Positions 48,207 through 58,107 of a stretch of 64,000 bases of DNA are shown here, one piece after another; position 1 is the stretch's first letter; each line of letters opens with the position of its first letter. The position numbers and the translations under genes were made by a program. Where the stretch lies: NCBI GenBank assembly GCA_964420615.1, contig CAYQUE010000001.1, positions 3,386 through 67,385 on the forward strand, given 5' to 3'. The stretch is from an uncultured Alteromonadaceae bacterium (lineage in GTDB: Bacteria > Pseudomonadota > Gammaproteobacteria > Pseudomonadales > Halieaceae). The notes beneath the pieces are model-generated. The model ran no database searches and had not been told where the DNA came from. It saw only the letters and a list, made by a program, of their open reading frames with translations.

Positions 48207-51200
48207 CTATGCCGGCCGACGACGCCAGACAGCAACGCCCCCAAAGAGGGACACCAGCCCACTCAGCAAAACCCAAAGCCCTTGACCAAGCGCCGGTACC
48301 GGAACATATGGTGGAATCACCAGCGCGGCGAGAATCTGCGCGCCAAACGGATCAAACACCTCACCCATGTCAGCATCCATATCGAACAGACTGTCATCCT
48401 CGATAACCAATGCAATCTTAATTCCTGTGTCGGTAGCTTCTACATTACCCAATTCAGATAGGGTTGGCGTATCGACCAAATCCTTGAATACGCCCAGAAA
48501 ATCCTCCACCGGCACATCCAGATACAAATCAAGTTCCACCGGCGCCGTCGGCGCAGTAGCGCCTAGAGATTCACTGTCTGCCGGGCAAACTTCGGGGCGA
48601 GTTGCGGCTTGTAACACCCGACCCGACTCGTCCTTACACCATGTTGCCGAGAATGAATATAAACCACCACTCATTTGCTCCTCGGACAGATACGTCGCAT
48701 CAGAACGACTAAGTGACCGGAAGTTGTGCAAACGCCACCCGTTATCCGGATTTGAGTTTACCAACCTGACAGTCCCTGCGTTGGGGTGTACCACGGCCGA
48801 ATACTGGCCCTTGTCCGGCGTATACAGTATCGGGTCATCGCCGTTGAGTGAGGGACTCGAGGGAGCGGTTGCCTGAACAAGACCGACCGTATCCTCAATG
48901 CAATCACCGTCGGTGTCCACCGCCATCTTAAGCATAATACTGTCACCAGAGACTGCCGCGCGCAGCTCTGGTTGCGGTAGCGAAATGCCCTTAACAAATG
49001 CCTCCTGACCCGCCAAAGAAATAACATCTCCCTCGGCGATGACCTTTTCGACAACACCGTCGCGGTACATAAATACACCGTGACGATTGTATCCGTAGCC
49101 ATCAAGAATACCGTTAATCTCACAGCTCGTTGCGTTCGTGTCAGGAAGATCTCTTGTCTGCGCGTTGAAGAACACTGAACCAGTGTCAGTAACCGCTACC
49201 GCCGCACCAAATTCAACGAACGTGAAACCCTCCACGCCCGACGGCCCGGCCGCTGCCGCATCGTCCTCGGCGCCGAAAACAATCGCCGCTCCCTTGGTGC
49301 GTGCAATCTCGGTCATCACGCCGTTCTCAATGACCATAATCGCGTGACAAACACTCCAGCTATCTATGCCATCGTAAAGGGTGTAGTCAGTACCGCCAGA
49401 GCCGCTGAAGTCTAGTAGCGACCGCCGGCAAGGGTAGTCATCGCCCAGGATAGTCTCCAGCATGCTTGCCTCTGACGAAGCGTCATACGGTGAGTACGGA
49501 TTGGCGTTGACCCCACCACTGCTGCCGACATAGGGCGTTTCAAGCCTCACTCTTGCACCAATCACACCGCCACCTTCGCTGAAGTGCTTGGGCACGCCAG
49601 CGATAAGAGAAAAGCCTGCGGGGCTGACGTCGCCGTTACTGAACACCGTCGAGACCCCCCCCGCCTTGGTCCACTTGTTCAATTCCAGCGGCCACTTGTA
49701 CACGAAGCCGGTGTCTGCCGTACCACCGAGTTGGGTAATTACATCTGTTGGTAAGGAAAAAACAACGGTGTCTCCGCTCGCCGCATCCGCCTCGTCGGTC
49801 ATTACCATTGACTCATAGATTTTCTTGACACTAACCATCAGGCCCAACTCGCCCGCGGCCGCAGCGGCGGTGACCGCATCGGCCGAAGAGCCGGATATTA
49901 AGCCGGATGAAACCCACATCGACCAATCACCTGCGCCCGGAGCACTCGAGGTGACTGTAAGTGAGCATCGTGCGTCTCGAGCACAGTTTGTTGAATAGTA
50001 ATTGGCGTTGGTAGTCGTATTGATAATGCTGACGCCGTCAGGATACCAAGTCCCGGGCCTTGCCGCTCCCGCGCCCGTCGGCACATTCCCGGTCGGCAAG
50101 CCAGAAGACCACCCCGTCACAAAAATTCTGCGGTTTGCAGCGTAGTTTACGTCATCATCATTCGAATCGTGATAAGAGCGATAAATCACCCCGCCGTCAC
50201 TGGTAACCTGCGCATTGCTAAAGTGTTTCAGGTCACCGCGCGTGTTGGCAGCCACACTAATTGCCCCAGCCGGATCAACGTGCAGAAGCATCTGATGCCA
50301 ATATCCTTGCTGCAAATCAGACAAATGCAAATCGTCGGCGCCAAAAACCAGCTTCTCCGGCGCTGCTTGCGCGCCTGCCGACAGGACCACTGACCCGTCT
50401 TCCCCCACCATCCTGGCAGAGTGGGTAATGGCGCTGGCGCGCCTGAGCCGATACGTCACCTCACCGCTTTGTGCGGCGGGGTGGTCTGGTTCAAGCGCGA
50501 GGACGACCGTCTCGCTCTCCTCGGCAGACCTCGGCATGGTGACTGCTCGCACTATGGTCTCCGGGCCAGCCTCCCCGACTTTGCCGCGGGCAATCGCCCG
50601 CACGCCGGAGGCGTTATGGCCAGACGAGACAATGGGAGTTCCGTTATACACAAAGAAGTTAAAGTCGCTCACGTCCACGTCACAGCCATCCAAGCTGCAT
50701 ACGGTCCGCATTTCCCACGCGTTGTTCATTACGGTGCTGATCTGCCCGCTCACCGAGTGATCCCAATCATTTTTAACCCAAGTCACATTTCGACTTCCGG
50801 TGCATTGGTTCTCGGCGGTGCGGCTCGGATCTATCAAGTATTGGGGCAATCGCACCCCCAAATTGTCTCCAGGGGAAATAGTCTGCCCATCTAACAACTC
50901 GTAGTGGACCGTGACATATCTAGACTGATTCGAGTTGGTGTTGGACCAATCACCAGGAGCAACCACGAAGCGCGTTATTCGGGCGCGTGTGCTTGGGTGG
51001 GCAAGCGAAGTCGCCGCGTCCTCACAAGGGTTTATATTTCCGCGTGCCTCGGCATCGCCCCAATCCGGAGGCCCACAATGCCCCAAAGCATCGGTGAGCG
51101 TTGCACCAAAGACGTAGTGCCCGCTATTGCCCACATAGGGCCATGGTTGTATGCCCTCTCCGCAAATCGCAGTATCGGCCCCCAGCTGGGCGCCTGCGGC

Positions 51201-51698
51201 CGCCACCAGGGTCGGCGTCTGCCCGGGAGACGACACGAATAGGCCCACCTGCGAAGGGATTGCAGCTGCGTGCCACCATTCAGTCACTTTCTCAATCACA
51301 CTGGAAAATTCCGACGCTGAAGCAGTGACCTGCACCGCTGCCTCCCCTCTCGCGTTGATGTGAGGATTGGATCCCACTCCCGTCACGATCTCATCGCCAA
51401 TCACGTCGCCAAACTGAAGCAAGATGCGCTCCATAAGCCCGTCTTGCGGCGTTTTCTCCCTGACCTTCACAATGGGCTGGCCGTCTCTCTTGGCTGAAAC
51501 CCAAAGCGACACGCCGCCGGGCTGCAGGACATAAGAGCCTCGATCGTTGCCACAATAATATTGATCGGCGTCTTCTAGTTCCTGGTTGTCGCAGGTAAAT
51601 GCTGCGGCATGAGACGAGCACAATACCGCAACAGCCAGCAACAGGTTGCGGAAACAGCTGGCGGAACAAAACGCTTCAATAACACGCAATTTAGTCAT
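48207..51698 (-). CDS. Large secreted surface protein, copy 1 (beta-propeller-like repeats, IPTL/PEP-CTERM-like anchor)
   Basis: Signal peptide (HAAA-F), NPHINARG and VAVTDTGSVFF repeat-like motifs, DTDGDC, C-terminal PPYVPVPALG-TM-RRR. Confidence 0.85.
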   Translation of the reverse strand: MTKLRVIEAFCSASCFRNLLLAVAVLCSSHAAAFTCDNQELEDADQYYCGNDRGSYVLQPGGVSLWVSAKRDGQPIVKVREKTPQDGLMERILLQFGDVIGDEIVTGVGSNPHINARGEAAVQVTASASEFSSVIEKVTEWWHAAAIPSQVGLFVSSPGQTPTLVAAAGAQLGADTAICGEGIQPWPYVGNSGHYVFGATLTDALGHCGPPDWGDAEARGNINPCEDAATSLAHPSTRARITRFVVAPGDWSNTNSNQSRYVTVHYELLDGQTISPGDNLGVRLPQYLIDPSRTAENQCTGSRNVTWVKNDWDHSVSGQISTVMNNAWEMRTVCSLDGCDVDVSDFNFFVYNGTPIVSSGHNASGVRAIARGKVGEAGPETIVRAVTMPRSAEESETVVLALEPDHPAAQSGEVTYRLRRASAITHSARMVGEDGSVVLSAGAQAAPEKLVFGADDLHLSDLQQGYWHQMLLHVDPAGAISVAANTRGDLKHFSNAQVTSDGGVIYRSYHDSNDDDVNYAANRRIFVTGWSSGLPTGNVPTGAGAARPGTWYPDGVSIINTTTNANYYSTNCARDARCSLTVTSSAPGAGDWSMWVSSGLISGSSADAVTAAAAAGELGLMVSVKKIYESMVMTDEADAASGDTVVFSLPTDVITQLGGTADTGFVYKWPLELNKWTKAGGVSTVFSNGDVSPAGFSLIAGVPKHFSEGGGVIGARVRLETPYVGSSGGVNANPYSPYDASSEASMLETILGDDYPCRRSLLDFSGSGGTDYTLYDGIDSWSVCHAIMVIENGVMTEIARTKGAAIVFGAEDDAAAAGPSGVEGFTFVEFGAAVAVTDTGSVFFNAQTRDLPDTNATSCEINGILDGYGYNRHGVFMYRDGVVEKVIAEGDVISLAGQEAFVKGISLPQPELRAAVSGDSIMLKMAVDTDGDCIEDTVGLVQATAPSSPSLNGDDPILYTPDKGQYSAVVHPNAGTVRLVNSNPDNGWRLHNFRSLSRSDATYLSEEQMSGGLYSFSATWCKDESGRVLQAATRPEVCPADSESLGATAPTAPVELDLYLDVPVEDFLGVFKDLVDTPTLSELGNVEATDTGIKIALVIEDDSLFDMDADMGEVFDPFGAQILAALVIPPYVPVPALGQGLWVLLSGLVSLFGGVAVWRRRPA

Positions 51699-51913
51699 GG
51701 ATCATATCCTCCCCCCGAGGGGTCAATTGACTCGGCAGTCCGCTGCACAGGCGAACGTCCACTGGCAAAGTTTACACTAGGCTTTTGGTGCCAACACCTC
51801 AATTTTGCACTGCAGGGCGTTAGCTAGGAGCGACGGCCTGATCCAACACAGCCAACTCTCAGCAGTGAGCTTAGACTTTGGCAACGCGGCCCCACATCGC
51901 GTATTAGCGTCGT

Positions 51914-52930
51914 TCACCACCATTTCTCCTGCCCCTCAGCGGTACTAGTGCCCCACGACGAGAGCCTCTCTCGCGCTTGTGCCTCCTGGAGCGGCAACCC
52001 GGCCGCGTCAACAAGCACCACAATGGGGCCGAAGTGATTGTGAATTTTCCCACCGGAAACCGTGACACCCGACTCCGGCGCCCAGATGGCAGCGGTGTTG
52101 GATGCTTCTAATTGATCCTCGTCACGCATCAACCGATCCCGACGCTTCGCTTCCTTGTCCTTACCCTCTAGGCTCCCTAAATGATGTAAATGGGGCTCAA
52201 CGATCTGGATATTGGTTGCGGTGTCTGCGACGACGATCCCGGAGCCTACACCCCCGAAGATATGGGGGCTCTCAACCACTGAGCCGTCAACCCGATCAAC
52301 AAACCGCATGCCAGCATCGCAAAACTGTGGCGTAATGGTAATTCCCTGGAACATCCAGTGGCTCCTGCCGACCGTCAACACGGCGGATTCGCAGATTTCT
52401 CCCTCGGGGACACCGGTGAGCAGCGCATTAGAGTTGAACACGATGGTGATTGGGTTGTCCGGAGTGCCATCTTGCGAGGCACTCCCGATCGCAAACGGTC
52501 CCTGATAATCGCCGCCTATAACAATCAGACGGTCACCCGGCTTGAGCCGCTCCAGTGCGAACTGTAGGCCCGACCAGGGCGCCTCGGCAGTGCCGTCGCC
52601 CTCACTCACACGCCCTGCGGGTATGACATACTTGTCATCGGGCTGACCGAGCGGCTCCGATAGCACGGGACCCGCAAGCTCATCGTCAGGCACTATCGTC
52701 CTGAACACATCCAGCTCTATCTCGCCGGAAGTGGTCACGCCATCGACAAATTTAAAGCGCTCTGGAGCAGGGTCTGGCAACGGGCTAGCCGCCCCCGCTA
52801 TCAAGGTGTTTAAACGGGCTGACGCCTCATTATACCTGGCCTCCTGTAGCAACCCTGCGGCCCCAACCACCGTCAGTACTGCACCAAACATGATTGCGGC
52901 AGCTGCTGCTAATCTCCTCATGCTCACCAT
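51914..52930 (-). CDS. Membrane-anchored short right-handed beta-helix protein, copy 1
   Basis: N-terminal TM; GTAEAPW..LQ.AL..L.PGD.L....G.Y and GT.DNPITI pectin-lyase-like cap; ends GQEKWW; start 52930 or 52921. Confidence 0.75.
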   Translation of the reverse strand: MVSMRRLAAAAAIMFGAVLTVVGAAGLLQEARYNEASARLNTLIAGAASPLPDPAPERFKFVDGVTTSGEIELDVFRTIVPDDELAGPVLSEPLGQPDDKYVIPAGRVSEGDGTAEAPWSGLQFALERLKPGDRLIVIGGDYQGPFAIGSASQDGTPDNPITIVFNSNALLTGVPEGEICESAVLTVGRSHWMFQGITITPQFCDAGMRFVDRVDGSVVESPHIFGGVGSGIVVADTATNIQIVEPHLHHLGSLEGKDKEAKRRDRLMRDEDQLEASNTAAIWAPESGVTVSGGKIHNHFGPIVVLVDAAGLPLQEAQARERLSSWGTSTAEGQEKWW

Positions 52931-53056
52931 CCCTATACGGCCATGGCCGATCTCTCTGCCCGCGAACTCTGTTAATTTCGCAACCAGAGTCGCTGAACAG
53001 CACATCCTATCGCCGAGTCGGGTTAACGACCCGCCACCGAATTCGCCGCTAACGAT

Positions 53057-54013
53057 CTAATCTAGATAGCGGCTTACCCATGCCTCGGGAAAACGCCCCA
53101 CCGCGAGGTCAAGCACACATTGACTGGCGCCGATCATAAACTGATCGGCCTCTCGCGTCTCAAGCCCATATGCCAAAAGATTCCAATGATGCGCCGAGTT
53201 ACCCCTGCCACGCTGCGGACGGGCCGCGTACCGGTGGCCGCCCTCGTAGCGAAAAACAATGCCGTCGCGTGCGGGCGGATCGACAAGATGGAGCTGGCTC
53301 TGCCATTGACGATCAAATTGATCACCTCTGGCCGGCATGCCTCTCCAGTCGATAGCGCCGCTCCCGTCGCTCCCGAAAAGTTCTGCGAACTGTTCAGAGA
53401 CCCAACCAGCACCCTCAACCGAGCCGAGTAATGGGTGAATCCCGAAATCATCCGTTATTACCCACATTTCGTCAGCAGACATCCACGCGCATTGCTGTCT
53501 GCCATCTGAAACAAACATCCCTAGCCAGTCATCTTCAACATAAACAGAGATAAAGTCTGCAGCGGGGGACATCGCGGGCGAACGCACCGATCTGTAAAAA
53601 AAAAGTCTGGCACCCAATTCAGGTAGCTCAACTTCGCTGGCGAGAAGCTGATAAGCAGGGAAATGATCTTCAAGATTCTGGCTCAACATCCGCGATGGGC
53701 CGGCATCAAAGATCAAAACTGGACCGGCACTCTCTACTGTTGGGCGGTAGGGGCTCTCGCCCTTCTCAAAACTTTTGACGTCGGCACGAGCTTCGCTAAA
53801 TTCGCGCACGGCCGCTTTAAAGCCCTTCCCCCTCTCTTCAGTGCTGGCGACGCGATCACTGCGAGCCGGCGCGACTACCTCAACTGTAGCGGGGGTAACA
53901 GGGCGCTTGGACGGCTCCGCCTCCCTGTCTAGAAAGCCAACGTAATTGGCCAACGCCGCCAGCCCGATCAATAGCATGGAGGCGACACCCAGTAAGGTCG
54001 TCTTTCGTCGCAT
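53057..54013 (-). CDS. Hypothetical anchored protein, copy 1 (GRGNSAHHWNLLAY motif)
   Basis: N-terminal TM, AAGGA RBS, clear paralog of 59120-60232. Confidence 0.8.
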   Translation of the reverse strand: MRRKTTLLGVASMLLIGLAALANYVGFLDREAEPSKRPVTPATVEVVAPARSDRVASTEERGKGFKAAVREFSEARADVKSFEKGESPYRPTVESAGPVLIFDAGPSRMLSQNLEDHFPAYQLLASEVELPELGARLFFYRSVRSPAMSPAADFISVYVEDDWLGMFVSDGRQQCAWMSADEMWVITDDFGIHPLLGSVEGAGWVSEQFAELFGSDGSGAIDWRGMPARGDQFDRQWQSQLHLVDPPARDGIVFRYEGGHRYAARPQRGRGNSAHHWNLLAYGLETREADQFMIGASQCVLDLAVGRFPEAWVSRYLD

Positions 54014-54309
54014 CGCTTATCATTTCCTTTCTCTGATCAAGACGTGAATGCCAACCCTTCAGAACACCGCAACACCGGAGAGAGCGGCTTTCTTCGTCAG
54101 GAGGCGAGGATCGAAGTAGCAAACCGCCGCGACCGCCGCCCAGCAAACTTCATTGCCCTGAGCCTATCACCCCTAAAAGACTGGAACGAGGCCCAGTTCC
54201 GTCGACCAGACCAGCCTCAGTCATGATCCCGATCAGCCTCCCGAGCCTAGCCCCAACGAGGCGTTGAACTGCCCATTAAAGCTGGCAACTGTCAGAGCAA
54301 TCCGTAGAC

Positions 54310-54339
54310 AAAAAACGCCGGCAGTTGCCGGCGCCTTTT
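54310..54339 (-). terminator. Rho-independent terminator after surface protein copy 2
   Basis: A-tract then CGCCGGC-AGTT-GCCGGCG; homologous to the 48160 terminator. Confidence 0.75.
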
Positions 54340-54371
54340 GTGGTGAGGGCTCTCAGTGCCGTTAGTTTTGA

Positions 54372-57300
54372 TTAGAGCGTCTGGCGACGCCACGCAAACA
54401 AACCGCCGAGCAACGACATCAGGCCACCAAGGATCATCATCAGCGCCTGGCCCATGACCGGCACCGGCACATAGGGCGGCAGCAATGCGGCCAATGGCTC
54501 CAAAGACAGACCAGAGGGATCGGTAGCCACCCCAGCAGTGTCATCCGCATCATAGGGCCCGTTATCCTCGATTGAGAAGGTAATCACGGCGCCGCCTGAC
54601 GCAGATTCCGTGATACCCGCAATCAGGTCCGGTTTGGCCTCAAGATCCTTGTACAGACCTATCACGCGATCCACAGAGGCTTCGACCTCCATTTCCAAAT
54701 CAAGCGACGGCATAGGGTTTGGTAGCGTGCCGGGACTCCCGCCATCGGGATTCATGACTGCAGTGAAGGACAGCAGGCTGCCGTTCATCTCTTCAGCCGT
54801 GAGATAGGTGGCGTTGTCGGGGCTGATGGCCTCAAGTCGCGTGATGACCCATCCGGACGTGGGATCTGCAACCGCCAAGCGAATACGACCGCCCTGGCTG
54901 CTATTGACCGCTGCGAAGCTACCGACATCTGGATACAGCTCGGTATTGCTCGGCTGACCATCCTCCATGCCCTGAGGCGCCATGGCCTTCATAGAGCCCA
55001 CGACGTCCTCTATACAATCGCCATCTGTATCCGCTGCGAACTTCAGCAGAATCTCATCACCGCCAACAGCCTGCCGCAACTCTGGTTGCGGCAACGCGAT
55101 AGCCATCACAATCGCCTGCTGCCCAAAGCTATCCGTGATCACGTCAAGCTCCGCCACGACCTTTTCCACGACACCACCCTTGTAGGCAAAAACGCCATCG
55201 AGTCGCCTATTGTGGTTGGCCGGGGGGGATACACCATTGCCTCCAGAGCCTGATGGGCCCTCTCGTTGGATCAGTTCTGTCTCGGTGCAGGCAACCTCCT
55301 GGCCCGGCAGGGCAGCCGTCTTATCTCCGCTGTTGTCGTGGGCGTTGAAAAATACGGTGCCTGTATCTGACACCGCCACCGCTGACCCGAACTCGTAAAA
55401 TTCAAAGTCGTCCACTTCGGACACACCGACAAGACTGGCGTCAGACTGAGAACCGAAGACGAGCTCCGCTTTTTTCGTCCGCGCTATTTCCTTGAGTTCG
55501 CCACCCTCCGAGACGAAAATGCCATCGCACTCTTCATCGGTGGAGTCGTAGTAAGGTCCGTACAACGTCTCATCCCACGTCGCTTCGCAGGGGAAGTTAG
55601 AGCCGAGAATCGTTGCAACGGGGTTGGACGAGTCATAAATCGGGAATGGATTCCCCCCTGACCCACCCCAGAACCCCATGTGGGGCGTCCACAGACCCGC
55701 TTTGAATCCGACCACACCCCCCCCGGAGCTGAAGTGAGGCGACGTACCACGCATGAGCGCAAAACCGCCCGGTGCGGTCTGATTCCAGCGGAAGATATCA
55801 CTCGTCACCCCCGTCGACGCGCTCCACCGGCGGATCGCCCCGTCAGTTTCGTAATACGTCCGATTGGATGCTGATCCTGCAGGGTCAGTATTGGTCGCAC
55901 CCGTCCAGACAACCAAATCCACGTCGTGTGGCGCAAACTCGGCTTGCCCGGCAACCTGCGGAGCACTCATAGGACCCAGAAAATCGTTTAGGTTTACCGC
56001 GATTCTCGCCGAGCCATCCGCAATCGCGGCTCTTACCGTCTCGACGTTGGCGGCGGTGCTACAGTACATGCCCCCAGACGTCTCCTGGGTATTGCTGACT
56101 TCCATAAAGTAGTCTGCATCAGCCGCGGGGTCATCCGTGGCGAGCAGCACATACGTTTGGCGACCGCGGCCAACGTTTGAATACCAGCCATCTTTTTGTA
56201 CCCCGCCAATCATTAACCTCAGGTTGCCTTCTACGGCCCACGCGCCATTGCGCGCAACACCTGTACCCGTCGGGAATGCCACTCCCGAACTGGCGCCGCG
56301 CCACAACCCGGTATATTTTACGCAGGCCTCTTGGTTGGCATAGGTCCAGTCATCTTCGGAGTAGCGCTGCGATGTCGCTCGATACAGCACCTCTCCCGCC
56401 TCGGTGACTTGCGCCCCAGAGAGCTGCGCGAGCGCTGGGGTGGTGACACCTACCAGTGAAGCCGCACCAGCAGCATCGACATGCACCACTGCGGTCCGGT
56501 GCGAGGCGCCCAAACTACTATTCCAGCCGCTATTTTGGCCTAGCGGATATACATAGAAATCTTCGCCCCCCCAGGGAGCATCATCGGTGCGTTCCTGCAC
56601 CCCCGCGAACACCACGAAACTACCATCATCCGCCACCATGCGACCTGAATGGCTGATGGCGCTGGCTTGTCGTAGCGCGAATGTCACCTCGCCATTCACG
56701 GCGAGCGGGTTACCCGCGACAACGGCTGCTGCGTTAGCTGCAGCCACAGTCAGCTGCGTCGCTTCGTTCGCAAGGACTGGAATCTGAATCGCTCGCAACG
56801 GCGTCTCTATTCCCGCCGACCCGACCGTGCCACGCCCTATCAGACGCGCGCCCAGGTAAAACGGCTTCTGGGTATTGCCGGTGGGGGACGTAGAGGTGCT
56901 GATATAAGCATGCTTACCCGAGGCGATGAGGTCAATGTCACAACCCGCTGGGGCGCAAAGGTAATCACCAAATTGCGAACCAGACCAAGCGGTATTTTGG
57001 AAGCTGCCGGACGTACCATCCTGGGTCAGCGTCCAATTCGTATTTGCGCCGAGCGTGGGATCGCCAAGGGTGTTGTTGACGAATAGGTTGGGTAGACCGA
57101 GTCCTCGGTTCGCATTGACGCGATAGCTAACTTGTTGCGCGGGATCAATCGACTTGCCATCCAGCTCCTGATAGTAGATCGTCACCTCACGGGATGTATT
57201 CGCGTTGGTGGGGTCTGCAGAGGGTCCGGCAACAATGCGCGTAATTCGGGCCGTCGGGTCAATTAACGCCAGATAGTCTGTGTCCCCGTAAAAGAAGATT

Positions 57301-57962
57301 GAGTTTCCGTTGCTATCACCGTTCCACTCTCTGTCACACGCACCTCGGCCATCAGCCACGGTTGCACCGAAGACGAAGTCACCGCCATTGCCCATGAAGG
57401 GCCAGGGCTGAATCCCCGAACCGCATACGAGCCTGCCATTTAACAGGGAGCCAGAGCCCGCAACAAACTGTGGCTCACCCCCTACGTCACTGGCAAAGAG
57501 GCCAGCAACCGCATCGTATTGCCCAAACCACGCGTTACCAAAGTCGCCATAGGTTTCGTAGTCGTAATAGTCGGTCGTGGCCTGAAAGACGACTTGCCCA
57601 GCGTCATTGATGTGGGGGTTAGAGCCAATACCGCCGACCCGCGCATCGCCCCAATCCCCGAAATCGAGGATGTCACCGTAGGACACCAAGGTGCGCTCCT
57701 GCACCTCACCCACGCTCTGAGGCTCTCGCACGATCAGCTTGGCCTTATCGTCATCATCAGCCGAGGGAATAAGCGCTACACCATTGGAGCGCAGTACGTA
57801 ATTGCCTCGCTGGTAACCGCAATAATAGTTGGAAGGGTCTTCCAGGGCTGCGTTATTGCAGTAGAACGCCCTGACGTCATCCGACAGCAGGACGACAAGG
57901 GCTACGCCGACAACACAGACGGCGGACATTGCGGCAGTATTTAGTCTCATTCTTCTGCTCAT
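54372..57962 (-). CDS. Large secreted surface protein, copy 2
   Basis: GGAGG RBS before ATG 57962, signal peptide (VRA-F), collinear paralog of 48207-51698, C-terminal PPYVPVPVMG-TM-RR. Confidence 0.85.
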   Translation of the reverse strand: MSRRMRLNTAAMSAVCVVGVALVVLLSDDVRAFYCNNAALEDPSNYYCGYQRGNYVLRSNGVALIPSADDDDKAKLIVREPQSVGEVQERTLVSYGDILDFGDWGDARVGGIGSNPHINDAGQVVFQATTDYYDYETYGDFGNAWFGQYDAVAGLFASDVGGEPQFVAGSGSLLNGRLVCGSGIQPWPFMGNGGDFVFGATVADGRGACDREWNGDSNGNSIFFYGDTDYLALIDPTARITRIVAGPSADPTNANTSREVTIYYQELDGKSIDPAQQVSYRVNANRGLGLPNLFVNNTLGDPTLGANTNWTLTQDGTSGSFQNTAWSGSQFGDYLCAPAGCDIDLIASGKHAYISTSTSPTGNTQKPFYLGARLIGRGTVGSAGIETPLRAIQIPVLANEATQLTVAAANAAAVVAGNPLAVNGEVTFALRQASAISHSGRMVADDGSFVVFAGVQERTDDAPWGGEDFYVYPLGQNSGWNSSLGASHRTAVVHVDAAGAASLVGVTTPALAQLSGAQVTEAGEVLYRATSQRYSEDDWTYANQEACVKYTGLWRGASSGVAFPTGTGVARNGAWAVEGNLRLMIGGVQKDGWYSNVGRGRQTYVLLATDDPAADADYFMEVSNTQETSGGMYCSTAANVETVRAAIADGSARIAVNLNDFLGPMSAPQVAGQAEFAPHDVDLVVWTGATNTDPAGSASNRTYYETDGAIRRWSASTGVTSDIFRWNQTAPGGFALMRGTSPHFSSGGGVVGFKAGLWTPHMGFWGGSGGNPFPIYDSSNPVATILGSNFPCEATWDETLYGPYYDSTDEECDGIFVSEGGELKEIARTKKAELVFGSQSDASLVGVSEVDDFEFYEFGSAVAVSDTGTVFFNAHDNSGDKTAALPGQEVACTETELIQREGPSGSGGNGVSPPANHNRRLDGVFAYKGGVVEKVVAELDVITDSFGQQAIVMAIALPQPELRQAVGGDEILLKFAADTDGDCIEDVVGSMKAMAPQGMEDGQPSNTELYPDVGSFAAVNSSQGGRIRLAVADPTSGWVITRLEAISPDNATYLTAEEMNGSLLSFTAVMNPDGGSPGTLPNPMPSLDLEMEVEASVDRVIGLYKDLEAKPDLIAGITESASGGAVITFSIEDNGPYDADDTAGVATDPSGLSLEPLAALLPPYVPVPVMGQALMMILGGLMSLLGGLFAWRRQTL

Positions 57963-58107
57963 GGGTGGCCTCCAATATTTCGATAGCAACGCTACCTCGC
58001 TAGATTACCACAATTGGAAAAAAAAACCGAATCCTAACTACCGCCCGCAATCACGAAGGTCGCCCGCTCCTAATTCAACGAACGCCGAATTCAACGAAAA
58101 AGTGTGC

